Below are positions 7,492-16,303 of a DNA stretch of 33,868 nucleotides, piece by piece; the stretch's first letter is position 1, and each line of letters starts with the position of its first letter. Below the pieces are notes generated by a model, which had not been told where the DNA came from, ran no database searches, and worked only from the letters and a program-made list of their open reading frames with translations. The position numbers were made by a program, and so were the translations under genes. The stretch comes from Gemmatimonadota bacterium (GTDB lineage: Bacteria > Gemmatimonadota > Gemmatimonadetes > Gemmatimonadales > GWC2-71-9): the NCBI GenBank assembly GCA_003221005.1, contig QHTZ01000055.1:1-33868 (forward strand), given 5' to 3'.

Positions 7492-7856
7492 TTCGTCCGG
7501 TCGGGGCGGAGCTGGGCAGCGCCCCGGAGGTAGATATGTTTCAGCTCGCGGGGCGACTTGGTCGTGTAAAAGTGGAGCAACAACCGGATGCAGTACGGCA
7601 CGCCGTCCGGCACCGCCACCTCGCTCGCGCCGAGCAGGGGGACACCGTCCCATCCCAGGCGCCGCGCCGCCCGGGCGGGGTATTCCGCCGTGAGGTCCGG
7701 CGACGATGTGAAGATCGCGCTCTCCACCTCATCCGGGGTGAAGCCGTTCGCTTCCTGGAGGGCGCGGATCAGCTGCTCCGTCGCCTCGAGGATCGCCTCT
7801 CGCGTATTCGCCTGCGCGGTGGTCGCGCCGCGCAGTCCACGCAGGGTCTTGGCCAT
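7488..7856 (-). CDS. aroH: Chorismate mutase, AroH class
   Basis: LRGLRGATT, SAIFTSSPDL.AEYPA, CIRLL and HIYLRGAAQLRPD; ATG at 7856. Confidence 0.93.
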   Translation of the reverse strand: MAKTLRGLRGATTAQANTREAILEATEQLIRALQEANGFTPDEVESAIFTSSPDLTAEYPARAARRLGWDGVPLLGASEVAVPDGVPYCIRLLLHFYTTKSPRELKHIYLRGAAQLRPDRTK

Positions 7857-8478
7857 GGCACTCGCTGATCGGTTGCGCTTGATGGTGCTCACGGACGCCC
7901 AGTTACTCAAGGGGCGGGACCCCGTCGACGCATGCCGTCGTGCCGTGCGCGGCGGCGCGACCGCGGTGGAAGTGCGGCTCAAGGAGGCGCAACCGCGGGA
8001 GGTCCTCGCCCTCGCCCGGGCGCTGGTCGGCGCCCTGTCCGTCCCGGTGCTCGTAAACGACCGCGTGGATCTGGCCCTCGCCGCCGGTGCCGCCGGCGCG
8101 CACCTCGGTCACGAGGACGTCCCTCTCGCTGCGGTGAAGCCGCACGTCCCTCCGGGGTTCCTGCTCGGGATCTCGGTCGGCTCGCCCGTCGAAGCGGCCC
8201 GCGTCCAGGGGTGGCCGGCCGATTACTGGAGCGTCGGCCCCTGCTTCGCCACGGGGCACAAGCCGGACGCCGGACCGCCGCTCGGACCCACAGGATTCGC
8301 CGCGCTGGCGCGGCTCGCGCCGCGCGGCGTGCCGGTGATCGGCGTCGGGGGGATCACCGCGGCCAATGCGGACGCGGTCAGGCGGGCTGGTGCCGCCGGC
8401 ATCGCGGTGGTGGGCGCGATCTGGGACGCTAGCGACCCGGAGGCCGCCGCCCGCGCGCTTCGCTCCGCATCCGCTTGA
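7855..8478 (+). CDS. thiE: Thiamine-phosphate synthase
   Basis: GGATAVEVRLK, VNDRVDLALA, GAHLGHED, GPCFATGHKPD, GVGGI and GIAVVGAI. Start is ATG 7855 (alternative 7882). Confidence 0.9.
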   Translation: MALADRLRLMVLTDAQLLKGRDPVDACRRAVRGGATAVEVRLKEAQPREVLALARALVGALSVPVLVNDRVDLALAAGAAGAHLGHEDVPLAAVKPHVPPGFLLGISVGSPVEAARVQGWPADYWSVGPCFATGHKPDAGPPLGPTGFAALARLAPRGVPVIGVGGITAANADAVRRAGAAGIAVVGAIWDASDPEAAARALRSASA

Positions 8479-9430
8479 CGGTACGAATCGCCGCCTCATG
8501 CTGGGCGAGCGTGACAGAAAAGATGTGCTTGCCGTCCGGCTGCGCCACGAAAAAGAGAAAGGGCAGGGGGGCCGGGTAGAGTGCCGCGAGCAGGCTCGCC
8601 CGCCCGGGCTCGCCGATCGGGCCCGGGGGCAGGCCCGCGTGGAGGTAGGTGTTGTACGGCGAGGCGATCGCGAGGTTCTTCTCCCACACCCGCTTGAGGC
8701 GCCGGCCGTAGGCGTAAATCACCGTGGGATCCGCTTCGAGCCTCATCCGTCGCCGCAAACGGTTGTGGTACACGGCGGCCACGAACGGTCGGTCGGGATC
8801 GTAGCGCACCTCGGCCTCGATGATGGACGCCAGGGTCACGATTTGATAGCGCGTCATGTGGAGCGAGTCGAGCCGGGCCTCCCACTCGGGCTGCCATTGC
8901 TCGCGGAAGTCACGGATCATCACGCGGATGAGCTCGCGCGCGCCGACGTGCAGCGGCAGGGTGTACGTCGTGGGGTAGAGGTAGCCCTCGACGCTGCGCG
9001 CCTCAGGCGGCAGGCCGAGCTCGCTGCGGAGCGCGGGATCGCGCGCGGCCGCGAGGAACGAGTCGCGCGGCACCCCGAGCGCTTCCGCGGCGAGCGTCGC
9101 GACCTCGCCGAGCATCAGGCCCTCGGGAACGGTCCAGCGTACCTCGATGCCGTGCCCCCGGCCGAGCGCGGCCACGACGTCGCCCCAGGCGGCGTCGGGA
9201 CGCAGCAGGTAGTCGCCGCTCTTGAGCGAGCCGCCGAGCCCGCGCAGCCGGGCATACAGGCCGAACAGCGAGGCGTGCCGGATCACGCCGTGAGCGGCGA
9301 GCGAATCGACCGCAGCGTCGAGGGTCGCCCCCGCCGGGATGGTGACGGTGACGCGGGGCTTGTCGGATCGCCCGCACGCGGCGACCACGAGGGTGAGACA
9401 AATGCGGAACGCGGACTTCCTCGCCCTCAT
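8429..9430 (-). CDS. mltG: Endolytic transglycosylase MltG
   Basis: TVPEG, EGYLYPTTY, LASIIEAE, LEADPTVIY, SPYNTY...GLPPGPI and FFVA...GKHIFS. ATG 9430 overlaps the ruvX stop. Confidence 0.95.
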   Translation of the reverse strand: MRARKSAFRICLTLVVAACGRSDKPRVTVTIPAGATLDAAVDSLAAHGVIRHASLFGLYARLRGLGGSLKSGDYLLRPDAAWGDVVAALGRGHGIEVRWTVPEGLMLGEVATLAAEALGVPRDSFLAAARDPALRSELGLPPEARSVEGYLYPTTYTLPLHVGARELIRVMIRDFREQWQPEWEARLDSLHMTRYQIVTLASIIEAEVRYDPDRPFVAAVYHNRLRRRMRLEADPTVIYAYGRRLKRVWEKNLAIASPYNTYLHAGLPPGPIGEPGRASLLAALYPAPLPFLFFVAQPDGKHIFSVTLAQHEAAIRTVKRMRSEARGRRPPGR

Positions 9431-9858
9431 GTCCCGCTCCCGCGCCGGGCGTCGAGATAGTGTTGCAGCAGCAGCGTGGCGGCCAGCGCATCGAGATCGG
9501 CCTTGCGGCCGCGGGCCGACCCTCCCATTTCGCGCACCGCCTGGAGCGCGCGGGCGGTCGTGAACCGCTCGTCCCACAGCGCGACTGGCAAGCCGGCGCG
9601 GCGCGCGATATGGCCGGCGAGCTCGCGCGCCTGGTGCGCCGGCTCGCTTTCCGACCCGTCGGCCGCCAGCGGCAGGCCCACCACCACCCCGGTCGCGCCG
9701 TGCTGCTGGATGAGCGTGAGGAGTCGCTGCATCGGGAAACGCTTCCCGGTGCGGCGCGTGAGCGTGGTGAGGGGTTGGGCGAGGACCTGGTGCTCGTCGG
9801 AGAGGGCGAGACCGATGCGTCGTTCACCCCAATCGACGGCGAGGATCCTGCCCGTCAC
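9427..9858 (-). CDS. ruvX: Holliday junction resolvase-like RuvX/YqgF
   Basis: [31 protein letters not shown] and [10 protein letters not shown]. Confidence 0.95.
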   Translation of the reverse strand: MTGRILAVDWGERRIGLALSDEHQVLAQPLTTLTRRTGKRFPMQRLLTLIQQHGATGVVVGLPLAADGSESEPAHQARELAGHIARRAGLPVALWDERFTTARALQAVREMGGSARGRKADLDALAATLLLQHYLDARRGSGT

Positions 9859-11108
9859 CCCTGCGCCATCGTGGCGAAGAATTCGATATTGGTCTTCGTG
9901 CGCTTCATCCGCTCGAGCAGGAACTCGATTGCCTCCACCGGCGGCATGTCGGAGAGGAAGTTACGGAGCAGGTAGACCTTGTTGAGCTCTTCCTTGGAGA
10001 GCAGCAGCTCCTCCTTGCGGGTCGAGCTGCGCTGCACGTCGATCGCGGGATACACCCGGCGGTCGGCGATACGCCGGTCGAGGATGACCTCCATGTTGCC
10101 CGTCCCCTTGAACTCCTCGAAGATCACCTCGTCCATGCGGGAGCCCGTATCGATGAGCGCGGTCGCGATGATCGTCAGGGAGCCACCCCCTTCGATGTTG
10201 CGGGCCGCGCCGAAGAACCGCTTGGGCTTCTGCAGGGCGTTCGCGTCCACGCCACCGGACAGGATCTTGCCGGAATGCGGGACCACGACGTTGTGCGCGC
10301 GGCCGAGGCGCGTGATCGAGTCGAGCAGGATCACGACGTCCTTGCCGTGCTCGACCATGCGCTTCGCCTTCTCGATCACCATGTCGGCAACCTGCACGTG
10401 ACGGTCGGCAGGCTCGTCGAAGGTGGAGGAGATCACCTCCGCCCCCTTCACGTTCTCCTCCATGTCCGTGACCTCTTCGGGCCGCTCGTCGATGAGCAGC
10501 ACGATGAGGAAGATCTCGGGATGGTTCTCGATGATGGAGTTGGCGAGCTTCTGCATCAGGATCGTCTTGCCCGCCTTGGGCGGCGAGACGATCAGACCAC
10601 GCTGGCCCTTTCCTATGGGACACAGGATGTCCATGACCCGCATCGACAGGTCGGCGTCCTTGCGCTCCAGCCGGATCCGCTCCTCGGGATAACGTGGCCG
10701 CAGGTTGTCGAACGCGACGCGGTGCTTGGCCTTCTCGGGTTCGTCGCCGTTCACCACCTCCACCTTCAGCAGCGCGAGGTAGCGCTCTCCTTCCTTGGGG
10801 GGCCGGACCTGACCCATGATCGTGTCGCCCGTGCGCAGGTCGAACCGCTTGATCTGGCTGGGAGAGACGTAGATGTCGTCCGGGCCGTACAGATAGTTCC
10901 AGTCCGGGCTGCGGAGGAAGCCGTAGCCCTCGGGAAGGATTTCGAGCACGCCCTCGCCGCGCAGCACGGTATCGGAGTCGAGGAGCGACTGCTCGATTCG
11001 GAAGATGAGGTCCTGCTTGCGGAGCCCTGAGTAGTTGGTGATGTTCAGGGTCTCGGCCATCGCGTGCAGTTCCGCGACGGATTTCCTCTTGAGTTCAGCG
11101 ATATCCAC
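9855..11108 (-). CDS. rho: Transcription termination factor Rho
   Basis: [15 protein letters not shown], Walker [16 protein letters not shown] and [10 protein letters not shown]; 417 aa. Confidence 0.98.
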   Translation of the reverse strand: MDIAELKRKSVAELHAMAETLNITNYSGLRKQDLIFRIEQSLLDSDTVLRGEGVLEILPEGYGFLRSPDWNYLYGPDDIYVSPSQIKRFDLRTGDTIMGQVRPPKEGERYLALLKVEVVNGDEPEKAKHRVAFDNLRPRYPEERIRLERKDADLSMRVMDILCPIGKGQRGLIVSPPKAGKTILMQKLANSIIENHPEIFLIVLLIDERPEEVTDMEENVKGAEVISSTFDEPADRHVQVADMVIEKAKRMVEHGKDVVILLDSITRLGRAHNVVVPHSGKILSGGVDANALQKPKRFFGAARNIEGGGSLTIIATALIDTGSRMDEVIFEEFKGTGNMEVILDRRIADRRVYPAIDVQRSSTRKEELLLSKEELNKVYLLRNFLSDMPPVEAIEFLLERMKRTKTNIEFFATMAQG

Positions 11109-11207
11109 TGGTGGTTTGGCTCCGTTACACTACGGCGGGCGGACCCCGGGACTGGGGGAGTGAACGCGTCGAAGTGAGAACTAGGGAATGTGCAGAGGTG
11201 CGAGCAT

Positions 11208-11236
11208 ATAGTAGGCCCAGCCTCTCCGCCAGTCAA
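11208..11236 (-). promoter_or_regulatory. Sigma70-type promoter of rho operon
   Basis: Minus strand TTGACT-N17-TACTAT, about 100 nt upstream of the rho GTG. Confidence 0.8.
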
Positions 11237-11244
11237 GAGCGCTC

Positions 11245-12354
11245 GTGCAGCTGAACGAGTTCCTGGTGGCGTGGCGCACCACGGTCCTGCACGATCGGGA
11301 AGTGGTTGATGCGCTTGTACATCCGGCCCACGCCGCCCCCTCCCCGGAGCTTGCCCGGGAGCTCGCGCGCTGGCCCGGCCGCTTCTATTGGTCCGCCGAG
11401 CCGGACGGGCACCACCTGATTCTCACGCGCCGGCTCGGGCCGCCGCGACGCGAGCGTTGGCCGGTCCACATCACCTTGTTCCTCGCGACGCTGCTCACCA
11501 CCACGTTCGCGGGCGCGGTGCTCGCGGGCGCGATTCCCTACGACAATCCGCTCGATCTCTTCACCGGCGCGTATCCGGTGCCGCCGGCGTTCGCGCGCGC
11601 CTGGTCGTCGGGGCTGCGTTTTTCGGTCCCCCTGCTCGCGATCCTGCTGTGCCACGAGCTGGGCCACTACCTCACCGCGCGGTGGTACTTGCTCGACGTC
11701 TCGCCGCCCTACTTCATCCCCGTGCCGCTCGTGCCGTCGTTCATCGGTACCATGGGTGCGTTCATCCGGCTCCGGACCGTGCTCGCCGACCGGCGGCAGC
11801 TGTTCGACGTGGGCGTCGCCGGTCCGCTCGCGGGGTTCGCGGTCGCGCTCCCGGTGCTATGGATCGGGCTTGCGCACAGCCATGCACTCCCAGGCCACGG
11901 CGCCGTCTCCGGCCTGCTGCTGGCGATCGGCGGTGAGACCGCAGGCCTCGGCGACTCGCTCGTGACCCTGGCGTTACGGCGGCTCACGCACGGCGACGCG
12001 CCCGCGGTGCTGCTCGACCCGGTGGCCGCCGCCGGTTGGTTCGGGATGTTCGTGACGATGCTCAATTTGCTCCCGATCTCGCAGCTGGACGGCGGGCACA
12101 TCCTGTACGGCGCGGTGCCGCGCTGGCATGGGCGCTTCGCGCTCGCGTTCTGGCTGTTCATTATGGCGCTCGGCTGGTTCTGGTGGGGTTGGTTCCTGTG
12201 GGCGCTGCTGGTGCTGGCGCTGTCCCGCGGGCGGCTCGGCCACCCGCCCGTCCTCGACACCTACCGCCCCCTGCCGCGCTCCCGCCGGGTTGTGGCGTGG
12301 TCGGCGCTGGTGCTGTTCGCGATCACGTTTGCGCCGGTGCCGTTCAGAATCTGA
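11245..12354 (+). CDS. Site-2 protease family (M50) membrane metalloprotease
   Basis: HELGH zinc motif, GTMGAFI, GVAGPLAG and NLLPISQLDGG; multiple TM segments. Confidence 0.93.
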   Translation: MQLNEFLVAWRTTVLHDREVVDALVHPAHAAPSPELARELARWPGRFYWSAEPDGHHLILTRRLGPPRRERWPVHITLFLATLLTTTFAGAVLAGAIPYDNPLDLFTGAYPVPPAFARAWSSGLRFSVPLLAILLCHELGHYLTARWYLLDVSPPYFIPVPLVPSFIGTMGAFIRLRTVLADRRQLFDVGVAGPLAGFAVALPVLWIGLAHSHALPGHGAVSGLLLAIGGETAGLGDSLVTLALRRLTHGDAPAVLLDPVAAAGWFGMFVTMLNLLPISQLDGGHILYGAVPRWHGRFALAFWLFIMALGWFWWGWFLWALLVLALSRGRLGHPPVLDTYRPLPRSRRVVAWSALVLFAITFAPVPFRI

Positions 12355-12427
12355 GGGACGGGGGATGAGGGACGAGGGACGGGTGGCTTCGGAACCACAC
12401 GTCCCCCGTCCCTCGTCCCTTCTCCCT
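12354..12427. repeat. Palindromic heptamer array (4 x NGGGACG, spacer, 4 x inverted)
   Basis: AGGGACG GGGGATG AGGGACG AGGGACG - GGTGGCTTCGGAACCACA - CGTCCCC CGTCCCT CGTCCCT TCTCCCT; folds as a long hairpin right after the protease stop. Confidence 0.85.
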
Positions 12428-12438
12428 GTCGTTCAGTA

Positions 12439-12466
12439 TTGCGTAAGTCGCAGAGTCGTTTATCTT
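12439..12466 (+). promoter_or_regulatory. Sigma70-type promoter of the small two-gene operon
   Basis: TTGCGT-N16-TATCTT, 26 nt upstream of ATG 12493. Confidence 0.55.
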
Positions 12467-12492
12467 TGCCCAAACCAGCCTCACGGGGCCGC

Positions 12493-12777
12493 ATGCCCGC
12501 ACAACCGGCTCGGTACTCGAGTCCCGATTCCAACGCAGCGGTCGTACACGACCTCCCCCCCATCCGATTCGACGGACAACTCATCGCCATTCGCCTCCTG
12601 GTGCGGCGCACTGAGGACGGCATCTGGCGCGGCCGCATCATGTACGGCGCGCCCGACACGGAGGGGGAGCGCTCCACGGCGGAGATCTTCTGCGCGGTTT
12701 CCGAGCAGGACCTGTGGCAGTCGGTGCGGGATCTGCGGGATCACCACCTGCGGGACCTGTACCGGTCGCTGTTGTGA
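12493..12777 (+). CDS. Small hypothetical protein (94 aa)
   Basis: MPAQPARY...IRLLVRRTEDGIWRGRIMY...TAEIFCA.SEQDLWQSVRDL...LYRSLL; globular-looking, with GC-rich third codon positions; TGATG overlap with the next gene. Confidence 0.8.
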   Translation: MPAQPARYSSPDSNAAVVHDLPPIRFDGQLIAIRLLVRRTEDGIWRGRIMYGAPDTEGERSTAEIFCAVSEQDLWQSVRDLRDHHLRDLYRSLL

Positions 12778-12965
12778 TGGTGGAGTCGGAGAAACTCCGC
12801 AAGCTGCGGCACGACCTCTCCAATCCCCTGGCCGCAATGCTCGCGGAGACGCAGCTTCTGCTGCTCAATGCCGATGCGCTTAGCGGTGAAGTCGTGACCG
12901 GCCTGAGGCAGATCGAAACGCTGGCGCGCAAAATGCGCGGCATCATCCAAGACACGGACGTGTGA
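12777..12965 (+). CDS. Stand-alone histidine kinase DHp (HisKA) domain protein, 62 aa
   Basis: MVESEKLRKLRHDLSNPLAAMLAETQLLLL...GLRQIETLARKMRGII: H-box HDLSNPL and a two-helix hairpin, with no sensor or ATPase domain. Confidence 0.82.
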   Translation: MVESEKLRKLRHDLSNPLAAMLAETQLLLLNADALSGEVVTGLRQIETLARKMRGIIQDTDV

Positions 12966-13092
12966 GTCGGCAGCACCGGCCGCGGTTCTCTCCGCCGTCC
13001 CGTTGGTGGCGCCCCCTGCCGCGCCTAATGCCGCGGCGCGCCCCCTGGCTACGCTGGCCCCCGCCCCCGCCCCCGCTGCCCCCGCCCTCTCG

Positions 13093-14925
13093 TCACAGCG
13101 CTGCCGGTTTCCCTGAGGTGCTCTGCCGCAGGCTTGCCGCACCGTTCCTGAAATAAAGGAAGAGCAGGCCGACGCTGGCGACGCTGGCGCCGTACTTGAG
13201 GGGGGCGGGAGCGTCGCTCGCCGACAGCAAGCCCTCGATCGTCCCCGCGATGGCGAGCAGCGAGACCACGGCGCCGATCATGCGGGCCGCGATGCGGCCC
13301 TCGACGACCAGGGCGTCCCGGCGGGTGCGATCGCCCGGGGCGATGAGCGCCCCGGCCAGGCGGAAGCCTGCCCCGGCCGCGACGCAGATCGCCGTCAGCT
13401 CCAGCACGCCGTGTCCCGCCACGAACGTCGCGAGATAGCTGGCCGCGTGGTAGTTGGCGAACAGCCCGAACCCCATGCCGAGCATTAGGCCGTTCTGGAC
13501 GAGCAGCCACGCCGTCAGGGTCCCGGCGAGCAGACCACCCACGAACACCCAGAAGGACACGACGACGTTGTTGCTGATGATCATCGAGGCGATCACGGGG
13601 AGGTCCCGCTCGTCCGACTGGGCGTACCCGACGCCGCGGGCCTGGTTCTCAGCGGCTTGCTCGGCCCGGCTGACCATGACCGGCATGAGCTCCTCGCCGA
13701 GTGCCGGGCGCTGGCGCATCATGGTGAACCCCACGAGCGCCGGCACGGCGAGGAGCAGGCCCGCGGCGGCGACGTAGCGGCGGGACGCGACCACAGCCGC
13801 CGGGAAGTCCCGCAGCAGGTAGCGGGCGACCGGGGCGCGGCGGTCTGAGCGACTCTGGTACAGGGCGTTGTGTCCCGCACTCACCAGGCGCTCGAGGTAC
13901 TCGATCACCGGCGGATCCACCCCATAGGTGCGGGCGCGCGCGAGGTCGGCGGCCACTTCGCGGTAACGCGCGGCGAACCCCGGAATCTCGGCCGCCGGAA
14001 GCCTCCCCACGCCCCTGCGCTCCACGCGCCGCGCCACCGCGTAGAACGCCTCCCAGGTGTCGCGCTTGCGGGCCAGGAAGCGCTCGGCCGTGACCGACGT
14101 CTGTCCGGCGCTCCCGGGCCGCGCCCGCGTCCCGAACCGGCTCGCCCGCCGGCGCTGCTCCGCGCCGTGCAGTTCAACGAGGTAGGCCTCGTCGTCGTTC
14201 CCCCTCCGCCCCGGCCCGCGCGGCACGCGCGTCTCGAAGCGGCGGACCAGCTCCGCTGTCGTGCGGGCCCGCAGTTCGGCGCTCAAGTCCGGCAGCCGGG
14301 CGACGAAGCGGTCGAGCAGCCGGTACTCAGCGTCCGAAAGCTCCGGGGGGCCTGGTTCGAGCACCTCGACCTCCCCGCCGCCGACGGCGCCGAGGCTCCA
14401 TTGGGTCGGGCGGTCGCGCACGACGATCGTGCCCGCCGCTATGTCGCCCAGCCGCTTATTGCTCTTGTGGAGGAAGACAAGCAGCAAGCCCGGGAGGAAC
14501 GGCAGCAGCGGGAACAGGCAGTCGAGCAGCCGAACCAGGTTGCGGATCACCGCCGCCGCCGGTGTTACGGGATGGCCGGTGTCCATCACCACGCGGAGGC
14601 CGAGGGCGCGTTTCCCCGGGGTGCGACCGCCGTTCAGCGCCTCGAACAGGGTGAAATAGAGGAAGAAGCTGAACACGTACAGCAGCAGCAGCAGGGCGAC
14701 GCCCCAGGGGTTGGCGCGGCCAGTGGCACTCTGCCCAAACACGCCGATGACCGCGGCGATCAGCATCAGCCCCAGCACCACGAGCGTCGTATCGAGCAGC
14801 GCCGCAGCCGCGCGCGAGCCCAGGCCAGCAAGCTCGACGTTGAGCTGCACGTGCTCCGGCGTTTCGATGCCGAGCCGCCGCCGCAGATCGAGCGGCGCCG
14901 GCGGGACTCGCGCGGGAGGGGTCAC
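13093..14925 (-). CDS. RDD domain + stage II sporulation protein M-like (SpoIIM/DUF95) fusion membrane protein
   Basis: N-half IETPEHV..LAGLGSRAAAALLD, GRTPGKRALGLRVV and KRLGDIAAGTIVV; C-half YREVAADLARART, IISNN, NGLMLG, GHGVLELTAI and AGTIEG. Confidence 0.9.
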   Translation of the reverse strand: MTPPARVPPAPLDLRRRLGIETPEHVQLNVELAGLGSRAAAALLDTTLVVLGLMLIAAVIGVFGQSATGRANPWGVALLLLLYVFSFFLYFTLFEALNGGRTPGKRALGLRVVMDTGHPVTPAAAVIRNLVRLLDCLFPLLPFLPGLLLVFLHKSNKRLGDIAAGTIVVRDRPTQWSLGAVGGGEVEVLEPGPPELSDAEYRLLDRFVARLPDLSAELRARTTAELVRRFETRVPRGPGRRGNDDEAYLVELHGAEQRRRASRFGTRARPGSAGQTSVTAERFLARKRDTWEAFYAVARRVERRGVGRLPAAEIPGFAARYREVAADLARARTYGVDPPVIEYLERLVSAGHNALYQSRSDRRAPVARYLLRDFPAAVVASRRYVAAAGLLLAVPALVGFTMMRQRPALGEELMPVMVSRAEQAAENQARGVGYAQSDERDLPVIASMIISNNVVVSFWVFVGGLLAGTLTAWLLVQNGLMLGMGFGLFANYHAASYLATFVAGHGVLELTAICVAAGAGFRLAGALIAPGDRTRRDALVVEGRIAARMIGAVVSLLAIAGTIEGLLSASDAPAPLKYGASVASVGLLFLYFRNGAASLRQSTSGKPAAL

Positions 14926-14967
14926 GTCCTCATCTTACCGCCGTCCTCTTCACGGAGCGAGTGCGGC

Positions 14968-15709
14968 ATGAGCGAGTTGCGGCCCATGGACGTCGGCGAA
15001 ATCCTCGACGGCGCCTTCACGATGTATCAGCGCCACTTTGGGCTGCTCGCGCAACTCGGGATCGCGGCCCTCTGGCTCCCGGTGGCGCTCACCACGTACA
15101 TCCGACTGTCGGGCGGGGAGCAGAGCCACCTCCTCCTCACCCTGGTGACTGTCGTGTGTCAATACTTCGCTGGGCTGGTCCTCACGGCCGGCGCAATCCG
15201 GGTCATCTCGGACTCGTACCTGGGGCGCGCCCCCCGGCTGGGGGACGCCCTGCGGCTCGGGACCGGGAAGATCTGGCCCCTGTTCCTCGTGGGTCTCGGG
15301 AAGGGGCTGGTGCTCGGGTTGTGCGTTGCGGTGGTGGGCGTCGCGACGGCGATCTTGGTCCCGGCCCTGGCGAGCGCGAAGGTGGCGGCGGCGCTGACGG
15401 CGGTGGGGCTGGTGGCGTTCGGCATCTGGCTGGTGGTCGTGGTCGCGTGCGGCTACGCGGTCACGACGCAGGTCGTCGTGCTCGAGGACTTGGGCAGCGC
15501 CTTTGACGCCTTCACGCGCTCGTGGGAGCTGACGAAGGGGTCACGGCGCAAGATCTTCTCGACGGCGCTCGTGGCGTTCGTCATCTTCGTGCTCCCCACG
15601 GGAGTGATGTCGGGGGTGCGGGACCTCGTGGCGGCGCGCTACCCCGTCGTGGGTCAGATCGCAGCGGTCCTCGCCGCGCTGCTGCCGATTATCATGACGC
15701 CGCTGCTAC
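14968..15709 (+). pseudogene. Polytopic membrane protein (GDPD-membrane-domain-like) lacking its normal 3' end
   Basis: MSELRPMDVGEILDGAFTMYQRHF..., multiple TMs and VVVLEDLG..DAFTRSWELTKG. After ...IMTPLL the frame becomes non-protein-like Arg/Pro/Ala-rich sequence up to a stop at 16338. Confidence 0.7.
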
Positions 15710-16303
15710 TCGCTCCGGCGCGCGCTCGACGAGGTGTTCGCGCGCCCCGAATACCGGTGGGTGGCGACTCGCAACCCACTCGACTGGCTGCTCGGTCTGT
15801 GGCACCGGCTGCTCGCGCTGCTCGAGGGCCTGGGGCGCGCCCACCCTGTTACGTACCGACTGCTCGCGATCGGACTCGCCTTGCTGCTCGTCGGACTCGT
15901 CGTCCACATGGGCTATGTGGTGTGGCGCATCACGCGCCCCACGGTCCGCACCGAGCCGGCGGGCCCTGCCCGTGTAGGTGGCGATCGCCTGGACGCGCGC
16001 GCACACCTGGAGCGCGCCGAGGAGCTGGCGCGCCTGGGCCGTTACCCGGAGGCGCTGGCGCACCGGTTCCTGGCGGTCGTGCTGCAGCTCGACGCGCTTC
16101 GAGCCCTCACGTTCCATCCAGCGAAGACGCCCGCCGAGTACGTGGTCGAAGCGCGCCTCGACACGGCGGGGCGGGCATCGCTCGCCGACCTCGTCGGCCA
16201 GCTGTACCGGCATCTCTTCGGCGCGGTGCCGTGCGACGGGGACGCGTATCGGGCATTCGGGGCGGCGGCCGACGTGGTGCCTCTGCATGTCGCGTCGCAC
16301 TGA
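15707..16303 (+). CDS. DUF4129-like protein (5' end apparently missing; usable GTG at 15734)
   Basis: SLRRALDEVFARPEYRW, a TM helix, AEELARLGRYPEAL, HPAKTPAEY and YRHLFG; in-frame TGA at 15695 just upstream. Confidence 0.75.
   Translation, partial: YSLRRALDEVFARPEYRWVATRNPLDWLLGLWHRLLALLEGLGRAHPVTYRLLAIGLALLLVGLVVHMGYVVWRITRPTVRTEPAGPARVGGDRLDARAHLERAEELARLGRYPEALAHRFLAVVLQLDALRALTFHPAKTPAEYVVEARLDTAGRASLADLVGQLYRHLFGAVPCDGDAYRAFGAAADVVPLHVASH

Noticed and set aside
12354-12427. Possible CRISPR array or intrinsic terminator
   Set aside because: The units are 7 nt with no unique spacers, no cas genes are nearby, and no U-tract follows the stem.
12741-13142. 133-aa minus-strand Ala/Gly-rich ORF
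   Set aside because: Low-complexity translation of the G-rich spacer plus the antisense of the DHp gene; no RBS or motif.
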